From IMG/VR virus record IMGVR_UViG_3300037789_000060: a DNA stretch of 64,000 nt. The stretch is one strand, 5' to 3'. Below, piece by piece: positions 1 to 7,753 of the stretch (positions are counted from its first letter, which is position 1; each line of letters starts with the position of its first letter). The position numbers and the translations under genes are program-made. This DNA is from a virus. Below the pieces are notes generated by a model. That model was not told the DNA's origin, did not search any database, and saw only the letters and a program-made list of their open reading frames with translations.

Positions 1-175
1 AACTGCGGTTTTCAATGTTCTTGCCAGAGTTGACAATGTGCCAAGCCCAAGGTTGGCGGATTGTTATGGCCCGCTTCGGCATGGTGTCAACGCGACCTTT
101 ATCCCACGTTGTACTGGGGCTTAAATCCTGACCTAGCTCGGTGATTATGCGGTCTATTCCCGAAATACGGTTCAT
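1..175 (-). CDS. ASCH domain protein, 5' part (runs off the window edge)
   Basis: Manual translation ...MPKRAITIRQPWAWHIVNSGKNIENRS matches the ASCH motif (SIRQPWA..I..G.K.IENR). ATGA overlap with the upstream gene; alternative start at 82. Confidence 0.75.
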   Translation of the reverse strand, partial: MNRISGIDRIITELGQDLSPSTTWDKGRVDTMPKRAITIRQPWAWHIVNSGKNIENRS

Positions 176-912
176 GCTGCAGCCTCAATGCGTTCACGCA
201 AGGACTTGCCATTGAACATTGTCCAACCGGTTTCAGCCTCCAAATCGAGATACTTTTGATACAGTTCGGGTCTTTGTTCTGCACCGTGGCGAAGGTCATT
301 GTCGCAGCCCATAATGCAGAAAACACATGAAAGCCGCTTGTTTCTCACATAGGCCCAAAATGGCTGCTGCCCTGCTTCACGTATGATTTCGAAGACCTCT
401 GCGGTGCTAAGCTGGTGAATTGGAAGATAGTCATAAACCGTCCGGCCCGCGACACTGAGAAGTTTATTGACTGCAAGCGGGTTCTTCTTTGACCTACCTG
501 GGCTCTCCTCTGCCCTGATTCCGGTAGCATTGACGCTTAATACGATGCCCCGCTTTTTCATATCATTCCGGATAAATTTGTGAATGGGACCGCGCTTCAG
601 ATCGCTCGTACATTGTCGCGTCGAGCTCGATGGCCATGATGGGGCGTCAGGGCGAGTCTGCGAGCGCCTAATCACCATCTCAAAAAATGTTTTGTTGGCC
701 GTTACGACGTTCAAGGAATGGGTGATAGTATTCTTGATGTGCTCCTGCACGCCGGCCCACTCAATCTCACCCAGATCTGCATGGACAACACATATCTGGT
801 CGTGTGGAACGAGAGACGCCAATTTGATGTACATTGCTTGGCTGTCTTTACCGCCACTGTGGGAGACATAAAATATGGCCCCATTGGCAACAAGTTCTTC
901 AATCTGAAGCAT
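172..912 (-). CDS. Phosphoadenosine phosphosulfate (PAPS) reductase family protein
   Basis: PP-loop SHSGGKDS, RQCTSDLKRGPI, GIRAEES..R and RLSCVFC motifs. Confidence 0.85.
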   Translation of the reverse strand: MLQIEELVANGAIFYVSHSGGKDSQAMYIKLASLVPHDQICVVHADLGEIEWAGVQEHIKNTITHSLNVVTANKTFFEMVIRRSQTRPDAPSWPSSSTRQCTSDLKRGPIHKFIRNDMKKRGIVLSVNATGIRAEESPGRSKKNPLAVNKLLSVAGRTVYDYLPIHQLSTAEVFEIIREAGQQPFWAYVRNKRLSCVFCIMGCDNDLRHGAEQRPELYQKYLDLEAETGWTMFNGKSLRERIEAAA

Positions 913-927
913 GTTGTTTTCCTCTTT

Positions 928-1251
928 TCAGAATTTTAGCTCTGGGTCTGAATAGTCTTCCAACTGGGTGCGTGGTTTGTAGTCTGCTGGCATGACAGGC
1001 CGCGGGTCTGTATGGCTGCGCTGATCCATGGCTACCTCCTCTGAAATGGGCCTCATGGAATATATTGAAGCGGTCCCGTAAAACTCAGTGACGATTACGC
1101 CCGGGTCAGATGTTGGAACATCAATGCGCAGCATCATTCCTCCAGCGACAGTCTCTTCACGCGCCTTGCCGACCCGCTGTCTGTGTCCCATCAATTCAAG
1201 GAACACCCAGCCAAAGTCTTTCGGGTCAGTTGTGTCTGTTGATTCAGTCAT
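928..1251 (-). CDS. Conserved phage hypothetical protein
   Basis: Start reassigned to MTESTDT (ATGA overlap at 1248-1251); WVFLELMGHRQRVG...GGMMLRIDVP...FYGTASIYSMRP is a recurrent phage motif. Confidence 0.7.
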   Translation of the reverse strand: MTESTDTTDPKDFGWVFLELMGHRQRVGKAREETVAGGMMLRIDVPTSDPGVIVTEFYGTASIYSMRPISEEVAMDQRSHTDPRPVMPADYKPRTQLEDYSDPELKF

Positions 1252-1463
1252 GATTGGCCCTCGATGTATCCGGGCCCATAGCATCGCTTGCATTCGAGCC
1301 GATCGAAGTCGGCCCCTTTGTATGCTGCTCGGTTCAGCAGCCACATGCGCAACCACGATAGAAATCTCCATCCCGGTCCAGAAAGGTATGATGGTTTGGC
1401 ATCGAGCAGATCGATGTGTGTCAATGTCCCGCAATTGTCGCATGGGATAAGGTCTCGGTTCAT
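1248..1463 (-). CDS. Small Cys-motif hypothetical protein
   Basis: Translationally coupled (ATGA) at both ends; CDNC and CKRC pairs. Confidence 0.55.
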   Translation of the reverse strand: MNRDLIPCDNCGTLTHIDLLDAKPSYLSGPGWRFLSWLRMWLLNRAAYKGADFDRLECKRCYGPGYIEGQS

Positions 1464-1672
1464 GATGACGCTCCGTCTGAAGGCTTGGGGCTTGCGTACT
1501 CTCCGCAAGCTGGGTGTTCGGGGTAGACAGCCGGATACCGGAAACCCGTCTCTTGATATCGATCACCATATGAATTGAGGTTGTCCCACCATGTAAAAAC
1601 CGGCGGATACCTTCGGCAGTCTCCATTCTCATGGTGGGTGCAAGCGTTACACGTCTTGGGTTGTTCGCTCAT
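1460..1672 (-). CDS. Small Cys-motif hypothetical protein
   Basis: ATGA overlaps; CNAC...CRRYPP...CGEY pattern typical of small phage proteins. Confidence 0.6.
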   Translation of the reverse strand: MSEQPKTCNACTHHENGDCRRYPPVFTWWDNLNSYGDRYQETGFRYPAVYPEHPACGEYASPKPSDGASS

Positions 1673-1902
1673 ATGCCCATAGCCCTTTCGACTGCTTGTG
1701 TTTTGCAGCTGCGCCAGATCCGTGCGCATGCCTTCTCGGCCCGCGGGTGGTTACGTTTCAATCGACGCTTCCATGCGGAATAGAGGCGTCGGCGTTTGGG
1801 GCTCACCAGTGCCCAATGCTTTCCGCATATCCATTCGGGATAAACTGATGGCTTGCATGTCCGCCGGCAGTAGGGAACGCAGCAGGGAATACGATCAGAC
1901 AC
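1669..1902 (-). CDS. Small Cys-rich basic hypothetical protein
   Basis: MSDRIPCCVPYCRRT...WICGKHW; coupled to neighbours. Confidence 0.65.
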   Translation of the reverse strand: MSDRIPCCVPYCRRTCKPSVYPEWICGKHWALVSPKRRRLYSAWKRRLKRNHPRAEKACARIWRSCKTQAVERAMGI

Positions 1903-2278
1903 CGACCAACTCCCGGGCTTGATTGGTCACAGTTTTGATAGGTGTAGTTTCCTGGCGTTGCAGGCTGTAGCCGAACGCGAATTCAGTTCTGATGACGAAT
2001 TTTCCATCATCATTTTCCTGCATCTTTGCCCGGATACGGCGCACGCAAGTGTCGATCGTTTGGAGGCCGTATAGTGGCCCGCCGTCCGGACAGTCCCAAT
2101 AAAGATGATCGAACATGGTGGTCTTCGGGACAGGGCTGCCAAATCTTTGGTATAGAAGCCGAAAGATTTTGGCCTGGTTGCCGCCAAGGCCGTACTGGGT
2201 GATGTGAAGACCGATGTCTGAATCATCCAGAACGTTATTACAGTGTGGGCATATTGAAGGAGAGCAGCTATCGTGCAT
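1895..2278 (-). CDS. Receiver-less OmpR/CtrA-type winged-helix DNA-binding protein with N-terminal CxxC
   Basis: IFRLLYQRFGSPVPKTTMFDHLY...TIDTCVRRIRAKM...GKFVIRTEFAFGYSL follows the trans_reg_C pattern. Confidence 0.75.
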   Translation of the reverse strand: MHDSCSPSICPHCNNVLDDSDIGLHITQYGLGGNQAKIFRLLYQRFGSPVPKTTMFDHLYWDCPDGGPLYGLQTIDTCVRRIRAKMQENDDGKFVIRTEFAFGYSLQRQETTPIKTVTNQARELVGV

Positions 2279-2648
2279 CACTCGGTCCTTTGCTGTTTGC
2301 AATTTTGAGAAGGATATCAGCGTGACAATCAGTCCCTTCCGGGCACCAGCACGCTAGGTTTTTGCCTTTCAGGCAGTCGTAATCTGTTGGATAAGCGCAG
2401 ATTTCCCGCAATTCTTCATCGTCCAACATCGCTTGAAACAAGCCGACAGCCCCGGTCTGATCTGGAGCTATCCTGTCAAGCGGTCCAAATCTTCCAACTG
2501 GGTATGGGTTGCCCCACCGGGATGGGCGCGCGACGTTGACCGCAATCAGCCCGTTGGTTTGCAAGCTGAGCGTTTGCAGATTGAAACCCTTCTCGCGGCG
2601 AAGGCGTAGGCGCACAGGTCTTATCTGTGTGCTATGCGTGTCGCCCAT
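2268..2648 (-). CDS. DUF4326 domain protein
   Basis: VARPSRWGNPY and LKGKNLACWCP...CHADILL motifs. Confidence 0.8.
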   Translation of the reverse strand: MGDTHSTQIRPVRLRLRREKGFNLQTLSLQTNGLIAVNVARPSRWGNPYPVGRFGPLDRIAPDQTGAVGLFQAMLDDEELREICAYPTDYDCLKGKNLACWCPEGTDCHADILLKIANSKGPSDAR

Positions 2649-3684
2649 GATGCGTTTCTCCTGTTGGAAATGAATTATGAATGGCGCCATCGAGAGCGCG
2701 GCCGGCATTTTTCTTCCCTGTCCGGCGAACTGTTGCACCATCAGGAAAAGTGAAGTGTTCCCCAGGGCCAGCAACGTCACTGACCGGGGCAAATTCGCCC
2801 CATTGTTTGAACAAAAATGGCACGCCGGCTGTCTTGCATTGATCGCGTATCACTCGGGTCCAATTGGGATGAAGAGGGCGCGCTCTGCGACCGCTTTCCC
2901 CACCGAGAACAACCCAGTCGAGACCTTTGCGGCATCTGTTGTCGTGGTGGTGATGCGGATGTTGCGGCGAGGCCTCATGCACTGCACCATGGATAACTTC
3001 GCCAGCCTTGCCACTGTGTCGGTGCGTGCCGCCACATCCTCTTTGGCCACCTATCCAAAGTGTGCCGCCCAGGTCGCTGACCAGGCTCAATTGCCCAAGC
3101 AATGGTTCTGCAGATATCCACCGGATGGCAGCTGGGGTGCCTAACAGCTGAGGGATTCGAGCATCAGCCGTCTTTTGATCATCAACTGAAGTTCCGAGCC
3201 ATACATTTGGCAGGGGCCATTTGCATTCTGGCACGTCATCCCAATGTGCAAGCGTTCCACAATGGGAGTTGATTGCGTCTCTCGGGTCTTTCTCAAGATA
3301 AAGTCGCATGCGCTCTGGCCGTTTGGTCAGCACCTGAAATATGTGTTGCGGTGACAGCGCCATGACTGCGAACACCTGGTCGATCCATTCATCCGGCACA
3401 TTCTCGTGGAACAGATCCCCGTGGGCGCAGACAAAGATCATCCGCGGCCTTTTCCATCGCAACGGCTGGTCCAGCCATTGCTCATTAAGCCGAACCTCAC
3501 CGGTGAATTTAGCAACGCCGGCTGCGTTCAATCGTGCCAGGCCTTCGCGGGATCGATGATGCTTGAGGCGCGTGGCCGCCAGTAGGGCAGCGTAGCAATT
3601 GGTGCAACCATCAGACACGAGTGTGCAGCCGGTGATCGGGTTCCAAGTGGCATCTGTCCACTCGATTTTTGTATGGTCAGCCAT
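2632..3684 (-). CDS. DUF5131 / phage Gp37-Gp68 family (radical-SAM-like) protein
   Basis: TKIEWTDATWNPITGC..VSDGCTNCYA, GDLFHE, FQVLTKRPER, WISAEPLLG, WVVLGGESG, PFLFKQWG. Confidence 0.9.
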   Translation of the reverse strand: MADHTKIEWTDATWNPITGCTLVSDGCTNCYAALLAATRLKHHRSREGLARLNAAGVAKFTGEVRLNEQWLDQPLRWKRPRMIFVCAHGDLFHENVPDEWIDQVFAVMALSPQHIFQVLTKRPERMRLYLEKDPRDAINSHCGTLAHWDDVPECKWPLPNVWLGTSVDDQKTADARIPQLLGTPAAIRWISAEPLLGQLSLVSDLGGTLWIGGQRGCGGTHRHSGKAGEVIHGAVHEASPQHPHHHHDNRCRKGLDWVVLGGESGRRARPLHPNWTRVIRDQCKTAGVPFLFKQWGEFAPVSDVAGPGEHFTFPDGATVRRTGKKNAGRALDGAIHNSFPTGETHHGRHA

Positions 3685-4261
3685 ATGCTTTCAATCCTTC
3701 ATCTCTCGCAGCGTTGAGTTCGGCCATGAGAGCATCACTCCCGCCATTATCTGGGTGGCGATCTTTCGCCCGTCTGCGATAGGCCTCGTTGATTTGAAAG
3801 ATTGTGGCGTCGTATGGGACGCAAAGGACTTCCCACCAATTCCTCTCGGTCTTGTCCTGAGGCGAAGGCAACGCCGTAAATCCGTCGAAAGCGCGTTCCA
3901 TCATGGACCCACTGCCCCAACGCTCAATGCCGCGCAGTGCTTCAATGGTTTTTGAGATGGCTCTGATGTTGTCCTTGACGTCTTTCCATCTGTCGCAGGC
4001 GAACACCATGGGCTTGCCCTTCAGCGTCATGTAGACGGCAACTCCTGGATCAGAAGGATTGGAACGATCAGCGCGCGGCTTTCCATCCAGTCTCAATTCG
4101 ACATTTGTTGATAAAACAACGTTGCGGCCGCCCAAGCGGTCCACTTCTGTTGCCAGTTCTTCGCGAGCGACGACGAAACCGACCTTGAAGCGACCGTTAC
4201 TGCGAGGGCCTTTATGGCGTGGTTGGCCGTCGGGCCATGAAAGGGGGTAAGCATCAGCCAT
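3677..4261 (-). CDS. J-domain (DnaJ-like) protein
   Basis: C-terminal WWEVLCV...AYRRRAKDRHPDNGGS...MAELNAARD with intact HPD. Confidence 0.85.
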   Translation of the reverse strand: MADAYPLSWPDGQPRHKGPRSNGRFKVGFVVAREELATEVDRLGGRNVVLSTNVELRLDGKPRADRSNPSDPGVAVYMTLKGKPMVFACDRWKDVKDNIRAISKTIEALRGIERWGSGSMMERAFDGFTALPSPQDKTERNWWEVLCVPYDATIFQINEAYRRRAKDRHPDNGGSDALMAELNAARDEGLKAYG

Positions 4262-4493
4262 TTTGCTCTCCATCTTTTGTCTGGGACTGCTGGGGTTGGG
4301 TCAATTGCATCAATCTGAGGGCGAAGACCTGGTCGGTCAGAATTTTCATTTGCTGATGCGATGCCGCAATCTTTGCCATTGCTTCAGCAACTGTTGTGCT
4401 GCAATCCAAAATCAGTTCACTGATCTGCTTCTCAAGCTCTGCTACAGTCTCACAGCTGCTGTTACTGTCGTTTGCCAGGTGGTTCTTGTTCAT
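4254..4493 (-). CDS. Hypothetical coiled-coil protein
   Basis: Overlapping start/stop with both neighbours in the operon. Confidence 0.55.
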   Translation of the reverse strand: MNKNHLANDSNSSCETVAELEKQISELILDCSTTVAEAMAKIAASHQQMKILTDQVFALRLMQLTQPQQSQTKDGEQNG

Positions 4494-4762
4494 GTTTCCT
4501 CACTCGATATTATTTGTCCTGACATCTCGTGGCATGTGGCGATTACGCATCTGCCCAGGATGTACTCTTCACTTTTGACGACCTCGTAATTCTTCCGGTT
4601 TTTGTCTATCCGTCGGAGTATTAAGCGTTCGCCGAAGACCACATGGTCCTGAGCCAGTGTTTCATGCAAGTCCTGCATGCTTGAATGCGGGACCATGAAA
4701 AAGAGACTTAGTGGATCACCTGTTCGGGCGTTTGGAATCGTGAGGGTGATGGACAGGATCAT
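4490..4762 (-). CDS. Hypothetical protein
   Basis: ATGA-coupled within the operon. Confidence 0.55.
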   Translation of the reverse strand: MILSITLTIPNARTGDPLSLFFMVPHSSMQDLHETLAQDHVVFGERLILRRIDKNRKNYEVVKSEEYILGRCVIATCHEMSGQIISSEET

Positions 4763-5166
4763 CTCAGGGGTCTCCTGTAATGTTGGATAATATCGACGGA
4801 TGCTTCTTCATCCCCGGAATGCACGAACAGAAGCATCGCCACGAATACTGGGTCGATCCCAATGCGCTTCCACCATTTGATTTCATCGCCGTAGTCATGC
4901 TGTGCATCGTGGGCTGCCCGAGCCAATGGTACGGTCCATTTGTCCGAAGGTTTTTCGGATCCGCCTGTTGCTGGTTTGCGGTACCGAAAGTCGGCGCTTC
5001 GGATGTGGGCTGGGTCTACGACACCATCAGCGATCACCAACGACGGGAGCGACTTGATGAAAACCAGATGCGGGCGGTTATGCTCACGGGGTTTCTTTCG
5101 GCCCATGTGTCGAAAGCCATCATGGGTAAACGCCGTAGCCGGCCTTACAATACGCCCCGCCATCAC
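4759..5166 (-). CDS. DUF968-like (degenerate HNH-like) protein
   Basis: HLVFIKSLP...AHIR...KPSDKWTVPL...H..QH..E..WW pattern. Confidence 0.65.
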   Translation of the reverse strand: MMAGRIVRPATAFTHDGFRHMGRKKPREHNRPHLVFIKSLPSLVIADGVVDPAHIRSADFRYRKPATGGSEKPSDKWTVPLARAAHDAQHDYGDEIKWWKRIGIDPVFVAMLLFVHSGDEEASVDIIQHYRRPLR

Positions 5167-5375
5167 GAACCTTCCTCGATCGACTTGGCCATATCCGTTA
5201 GATTTTCGGCGACCTCATAGCAAACTGAGACCCACCATTTTGCCTGTGCAACCATCAACGGATCGTCAGTGGGGGTTTGGCGGAGCACATCTTCAGCGAT
5301 CAGGGTGCGCCTGCGCCACGCAGCGGCATGCCTTGCAATAACACTCCGGCCAGGGGAAATGATTGGATCACTCAT
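5163..5375 (-). CDS. Hypothetical protein
   Basis: ATGA-coupled 70-aa ORF. Confidence 0.5.
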   Translation of the reverse strand: MSDPIISPGRSVIARHAAAWRRRTLIAEDVLRQTPTDDPLMVAQAKWWVSVCYEVAENLTDMAKSIEEGS

Positions 5376-6469
5376 AGCCTGACCACCGTGACAGCTTCAG
5401 CCGCTCGGGTGACGGCCGTATAGAGCCACCGGCCACTGTGCTCTTTGAATACGGAAGACTGATCGAAAACCATGACATTATTCCACTGGGAGCCCTGGGA
5501 TTTGTGGACCGTCAGTGCATAGCCGTATGTAAACTGGTCACCCTTTCTGGTGTCGGCTGGATCCAGTTCTTTCTCAGTCCCAAGGAAGTAATTGTCCCAG
5601 CACTTGACCTTGATCGGTCGATCAGTCGTGTCAGCAGTCCGGATCGTGAATTCGAGGGGCTTATCGTCCTCTGGCTCATAAACCTTCCGGACCTGGTAAA
5701 GGCCACCATTGAAGATGCCCAAGTCACGATTGTTTCGCAGACAGACGACGCGCTCATTGGTCACCAACGGTGCGGTGTAGTTTTTCAAGCTGCGGATTCT
5801 GTTGTTGTACCGAATTCGCGTGTCGTTCATGCCGACCAGGACCTGATCAGCATCGACAACTTGACCTGCATCAATATCATCTCTGCCAATGACCCGTGAC
5901 GATCCATACGCACCGAGTGACAGTCCTTTCCCGAGCCGAATATCTGTTGCCATGCTGACAATTGGGTTGTCAGCAGCTTGCCTGTGGATTTCTGTCAACA
6001 TGACATCGGGGCTTGCATGGTCAGTGAAGAAGCCCGCCCCTCGGATTGGCGGCAACTGCGCAGGGTCTCCCAAAACCAAAACCGGCTTGCGGAACGACAG
6101 CAAATCCTTGCCGATTTCTTCGCCCACCATGGAGCATTCATCAATTATGATCAGATCAGCGTTTGCAGCTGCGGATTCCGGATTGACCCTCATGACAGTC
6201 TGTCCGTATTCGTCTTCAACCGGCACATAGATCAGGCTGTGGATCGTTCGCGCTCCAGTGCAGCCTTTGGACCGCATGACCATTGCAGCCTTGCCGGTAA
6301 ACGCGGCGAAACTTACGGAATTCAAACCTTCGGCCAGATGCTTTGCAAGGGTACTTTTCCCAGTCCCTGCAAACCCGAACAGTCGAAAGACCTGTTGGCC
6401 GCCTGGGTCGCACAACCACGCCGCCGCCTTGTTCAGCGCGTCTATTTGTTGGGGAGACCAATCGGTCAT
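5372..6469 (-). CDS. RecD/Dda-like superfamily 1B DNA helicase
   Basis: Walker A GFAGTGKS, IIDECSM, GDPAQLPP, YALTVHKSQGSQW, LYTAVTRA. Confidence 0.9.
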   Translation of the reverse strand: MTDWSPQQIDALNKAAAWLCDPGGQQVFRLFGFAGTGKSTLAKHLAEGLNSVSFAAFTGKAAMVMRSKGCTGARTIHSLIYVPVEDEYGQTVMRVNPESAAANADLIIIDECSMVGEEIGKDLLSFRKPVLVLGDPAQLPPIRGAGFFTDHASPDVMLTEIHRQAADNPIVSMATDIRLGKGLSLGAYGSSRVIGRDDIDAGQVVDADQVLVGMNDTRIRYNNRIRSLKNYTAPLVTNERVVCLRNNRDLGIFNGGLYQVRKVYEPEDDKPLEFTIRTADTTDRPIKVKCWDNYFLGTEKELDPADTRKGDQFTYGYALTVHKSQGSQWNNVMVFDQSSVFKEHSGRWLYTAVTRAAEAVTVVRL

Positions 6470-7152
6470 GCCATCTGCTCCAGATAGTGTCTGGCAGTGT
6501 GAAGTTTGTCTCCATCAAAGCCGCCTTGATTGATCATCCACTCCAAATAATCTTTTGGAACCTGGTCCCATCGTTTGCCCTTGTGCTTGCCAAATGTGAT
6601 GATCGGCAACAGGATCGGGCCGGATGTCATCCTGACCATTTCGTCGATGGATGTGCGCTTGAGAAGTTCCCTCAGGATATGGGCTGTCACATAGGTGTCA
6701 GGGCCAGCGCGGTGCGGTGGCATCGCATATCGATTGTCCAAATCAAGTTTCAACCAATACCGTAGCGTTTGATTGTTGTGTGCCGGGGCGTCGGGTAATA
6801 AGGCCATCGCCACACGCATGGTGCAGACCCATGGTGTTTCACCACCACCAAAAAACTGGCGCTCGAACTGAGCATTGTGGGCGACATAGCAATCGAGCCC
6901 ACGTTCCATGCCTTGTGTGAGTAGCACGCAGGCTTCAGTTGGCGACATCGCATCAGCGACATCAGCATCAGTGATATGATGCACTGCCTGTGTGACTGGC
7001 GGTATTGGGTGCCCGGGATTTACGAGATGTTCAACCGGTAACGAGATATCTCCAGATATCAGATCGACATCTGTATACCCAACTTCGCAGATCGCTTTGA
7101 CCTGGTCTGTTGGAACGCCAGTAGTTTCGAAATCTATAACTCGCGCTTTCAT
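6466..7152 (-). CDS. Exodeoxyribonuclease X-like DEDDh 3'-5' exonuclease
   Basis: IDFETTG, AHNAQFE, HRAGPD; C-terminal FGKHKGK.W..VP.DYL.W. Confidence 0.85.
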   Translation of the reverse strand: MKARVIDFETTGVPTDQVKAICEVGYTDVDLISGDISLPVEHLVNPGHPIPPVTQAVHHITDADVADAMSPTEACVLLTQGMERGLDCYVAHNAQFERQFFGGGETPWVCTMRVAMALLPDAPAHNNQTLRYWLKLDLDNRYAMPPHRAGPDTYVTAHILRELLKRTSIDEMVRMTSGPILLPIITFGKHKGKRWDQVPKDYLEWMINQGGFDGDKLHTARHYLEQMA

Positions 7153-7153
7153 G

Positions 7154-7753
7154 TCAATCGTCCTCCACAACACCAAGTGATTTCAGTTCAAAGTAGACAC
7201 GCTTCATGCGTTTCAATTTTTCCCAAGCGTCGAGATGTTCAGGGGGGCGCTCTTCCTTCAGCAGGATTTCGCAAGCTTCATCGAGCGAGGGCCATTTGAA
7301 TGAATCGTTGTCGAGCTTGGTCTCGATCTGACAAAGGCCGGTTGATCTTTCCATGCAGCAGAACCACTCAAGGCCCGCTCTGTCCCAGGCAGCGATCGCT
7401 TTCGATCGGCGTCTAAGGAGCACCGATCGGATCGTCTTGCGCTTCATCTCCAGGCTGTGGCCGATTACGCGATTGGTCTGATTGATCATGCCAACCAGTG
7501 GGGTCAGGGCTTGCACCTCTGACACGCCAAACTTGGAAGCGTCCCGCGTCGTCACGCCATGGATGCTCGTCGCGGCCTTTTTGACCATGCGTCCTTCAGC
7601 ACGGATATGCAAAGAGATGAAGTCCAGTGTGCTTCCATCCTCTGCGCAGAGCTCGCCGGCAATGTGCAGTGCCCAAGGCTGCGCGGGATCATCATCTGGC
7701 AATTCGCGTTTCCAGATGTCCGACGTGTCGCAATCGAAAAAGAGAAGGTTCAT
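7154..7753 (-). CDS. DEDDh exonuclease-fold protein with degenerate active site
   Basis: FFDCDTS...QPW...IHG.T...GHS...WPSLDEA...H follows the phage DnaQ-like family, but the ExoI Glu, ExoII Asp and ExoIII Asp are altered. Confidence 0.6.
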   Translation of the reverse strand: MNLLFFDCDTSDIWKRELPDDDPAQPWALHIAGELCAEDGSTLDFISLHIRAEGRMVKKAATSIHGVTTRDASKFGVSEVQALTPLVGMINQTNRVIGHSLEMKRKTIRSVLLRRRSKAIAAWDRAGLEWFCCMERSTGLCQIETKLDNDSFKWPSLDEACEILLKEERPPEHLDAWEKLKRMKRVYFELKSLGVVEDD

